Shown one piece after another: positions 62,241-62,255 of a stretch of DNA of 62,255 nt; position 1 is the stretch's first letter, and each line of letters starts with the position of its first letter. Position numbers and translations under genes: made by a program. This DNA comes from Opitutus sp. GAS368 (GTDB lineage: Bacteria; Verrucomicrobiota; Verrucomicrobiia; Opitutales; Opitutaceae). The stretch spans positions 1 to 62,255 of the forward strand of contig CAMAPG010000001.1 of NCBI GenBank assembly GCA_945859965.1. Reading direction: 5' to 3'. Under the pieces are notes generated by a model. That model worked only from the letters and a program-made list of their open reading frames with translations. It was not told where the DNA came from and searched no databases.

Positions 62241-62255
62241 TCGGGATGGGAGCGG
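62221..62255 (-). CDS. 3' end of a second TPR-protein gene (partial, runs off the window)
   Basis: 62221-62255 is identical to 57184-57218, the last 11 codons plus stop (..PIPNAPPRE*) of the TPR gene. This implies the duplicated cassette continues beyond the window. Confidence 0.45.
   Translation of the reverse strand, partial: APIPNAPPRE

Larger units (their letters stand above)
53261..62255. repeat. tandem segmental duplication, unit ~5010 bp (copy 1 53261-58270; copy 2 58271 to beyond the window end)
   Basis: The offset is exactly 5010 nt at the 3' ends (53283 vs 58293) and 5037 nt at the 5' ends (57203 vs 62240). Homology begins ~20 nt before the stop of the GT2 gene (53261-53280 vs 58271-58290). 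Confidence 0.9.

Noticed and set aside
1-62255. Search for tRNA, rRNA, tmRNA, RNase P, riboswitches and CRISPR arrays
   Set aside because: I saw no T-loop/acceptor-type sequences (GGTTCGAATCC-like) outside coding frames, no rRNA-like conserved blocks and no spacer-repeat arrays in the intergenic gaps. This is a by-eye negative and should be confirmed with tRNAscan-SE, Infernal/Rfam and a CRISPR finder.

Overview
62.3-kb high-GC bacterial chromosomal segment with about 40 protein genes. I found no rRNA, tRNA or CRISPR array by eye. The gene content suggests the PVC superphylum, most likely Verrucomicrobiota; this is inference. It rests on a PSCyt/DUF1549/DUF1553 protein, a PVC-type heme-binding dehydrogenase with HEAT repeats, futalosine-pathway menaquinone genes, an FGE-like protein and LEPR-XLL-like N-termini. 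Layout: (1) 1-4.05 kb is an accessory islet. It holds an IS110 element, a DUF4304-like orphan, a truncated second IS110 transposase, and an antitoxin next to a ParE-like toxin killed by an in-frame TGA. (2) 4.05-20.9 kb holds housekeeping and envelope genes: MqnC-like radical SAM, HAD, epimerase, amidase, trpF, an orphan secretin, Fur, MFS, an ECF sigma/anti-sigma/DsbD operon, a beta-helix protein, FGE-like and recO. (3) 21.5-33.2 kb holds two adjacent giant genes (2326 and 1573 aa) with no classical signal peptide. They share an N-terminal EPLE[SA]RIAPA motif, a homologous head domain and a Gly-rich AGDGGDG..GG.GGS solenoid-like repeat. One also carries at least 12 copies of an unassigned ~95-aa module, and the other an FG-GAP propeller. 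This is the most unusual locus in the window. (4) 33.4-53.3 kb holds mixed housekeeping genes: PSD1-type protein, aquaporin, PhyH, Gfo/Idh/MocA, lgt, a UbiA-like operon, prolyl oligopeptidase, PVC heme-binding protein, a coiled-coil lipoprotein with a 168-bp tandem repeat, and GT2. (5) 53.26-62.26 kb is a tandem duplication of a 5.0-kb cassette (TPR protein plus a ~1300-aa multidomain purple-acid-phosphatase-like protein) that runs off the window edge. Three unrelated long GC-rich palindromic intergenic elements are also present. Many long ORFs in the supplied track are antisense artefacts of the high GC content. All family assignments come from motif recognition only; no searches were run.
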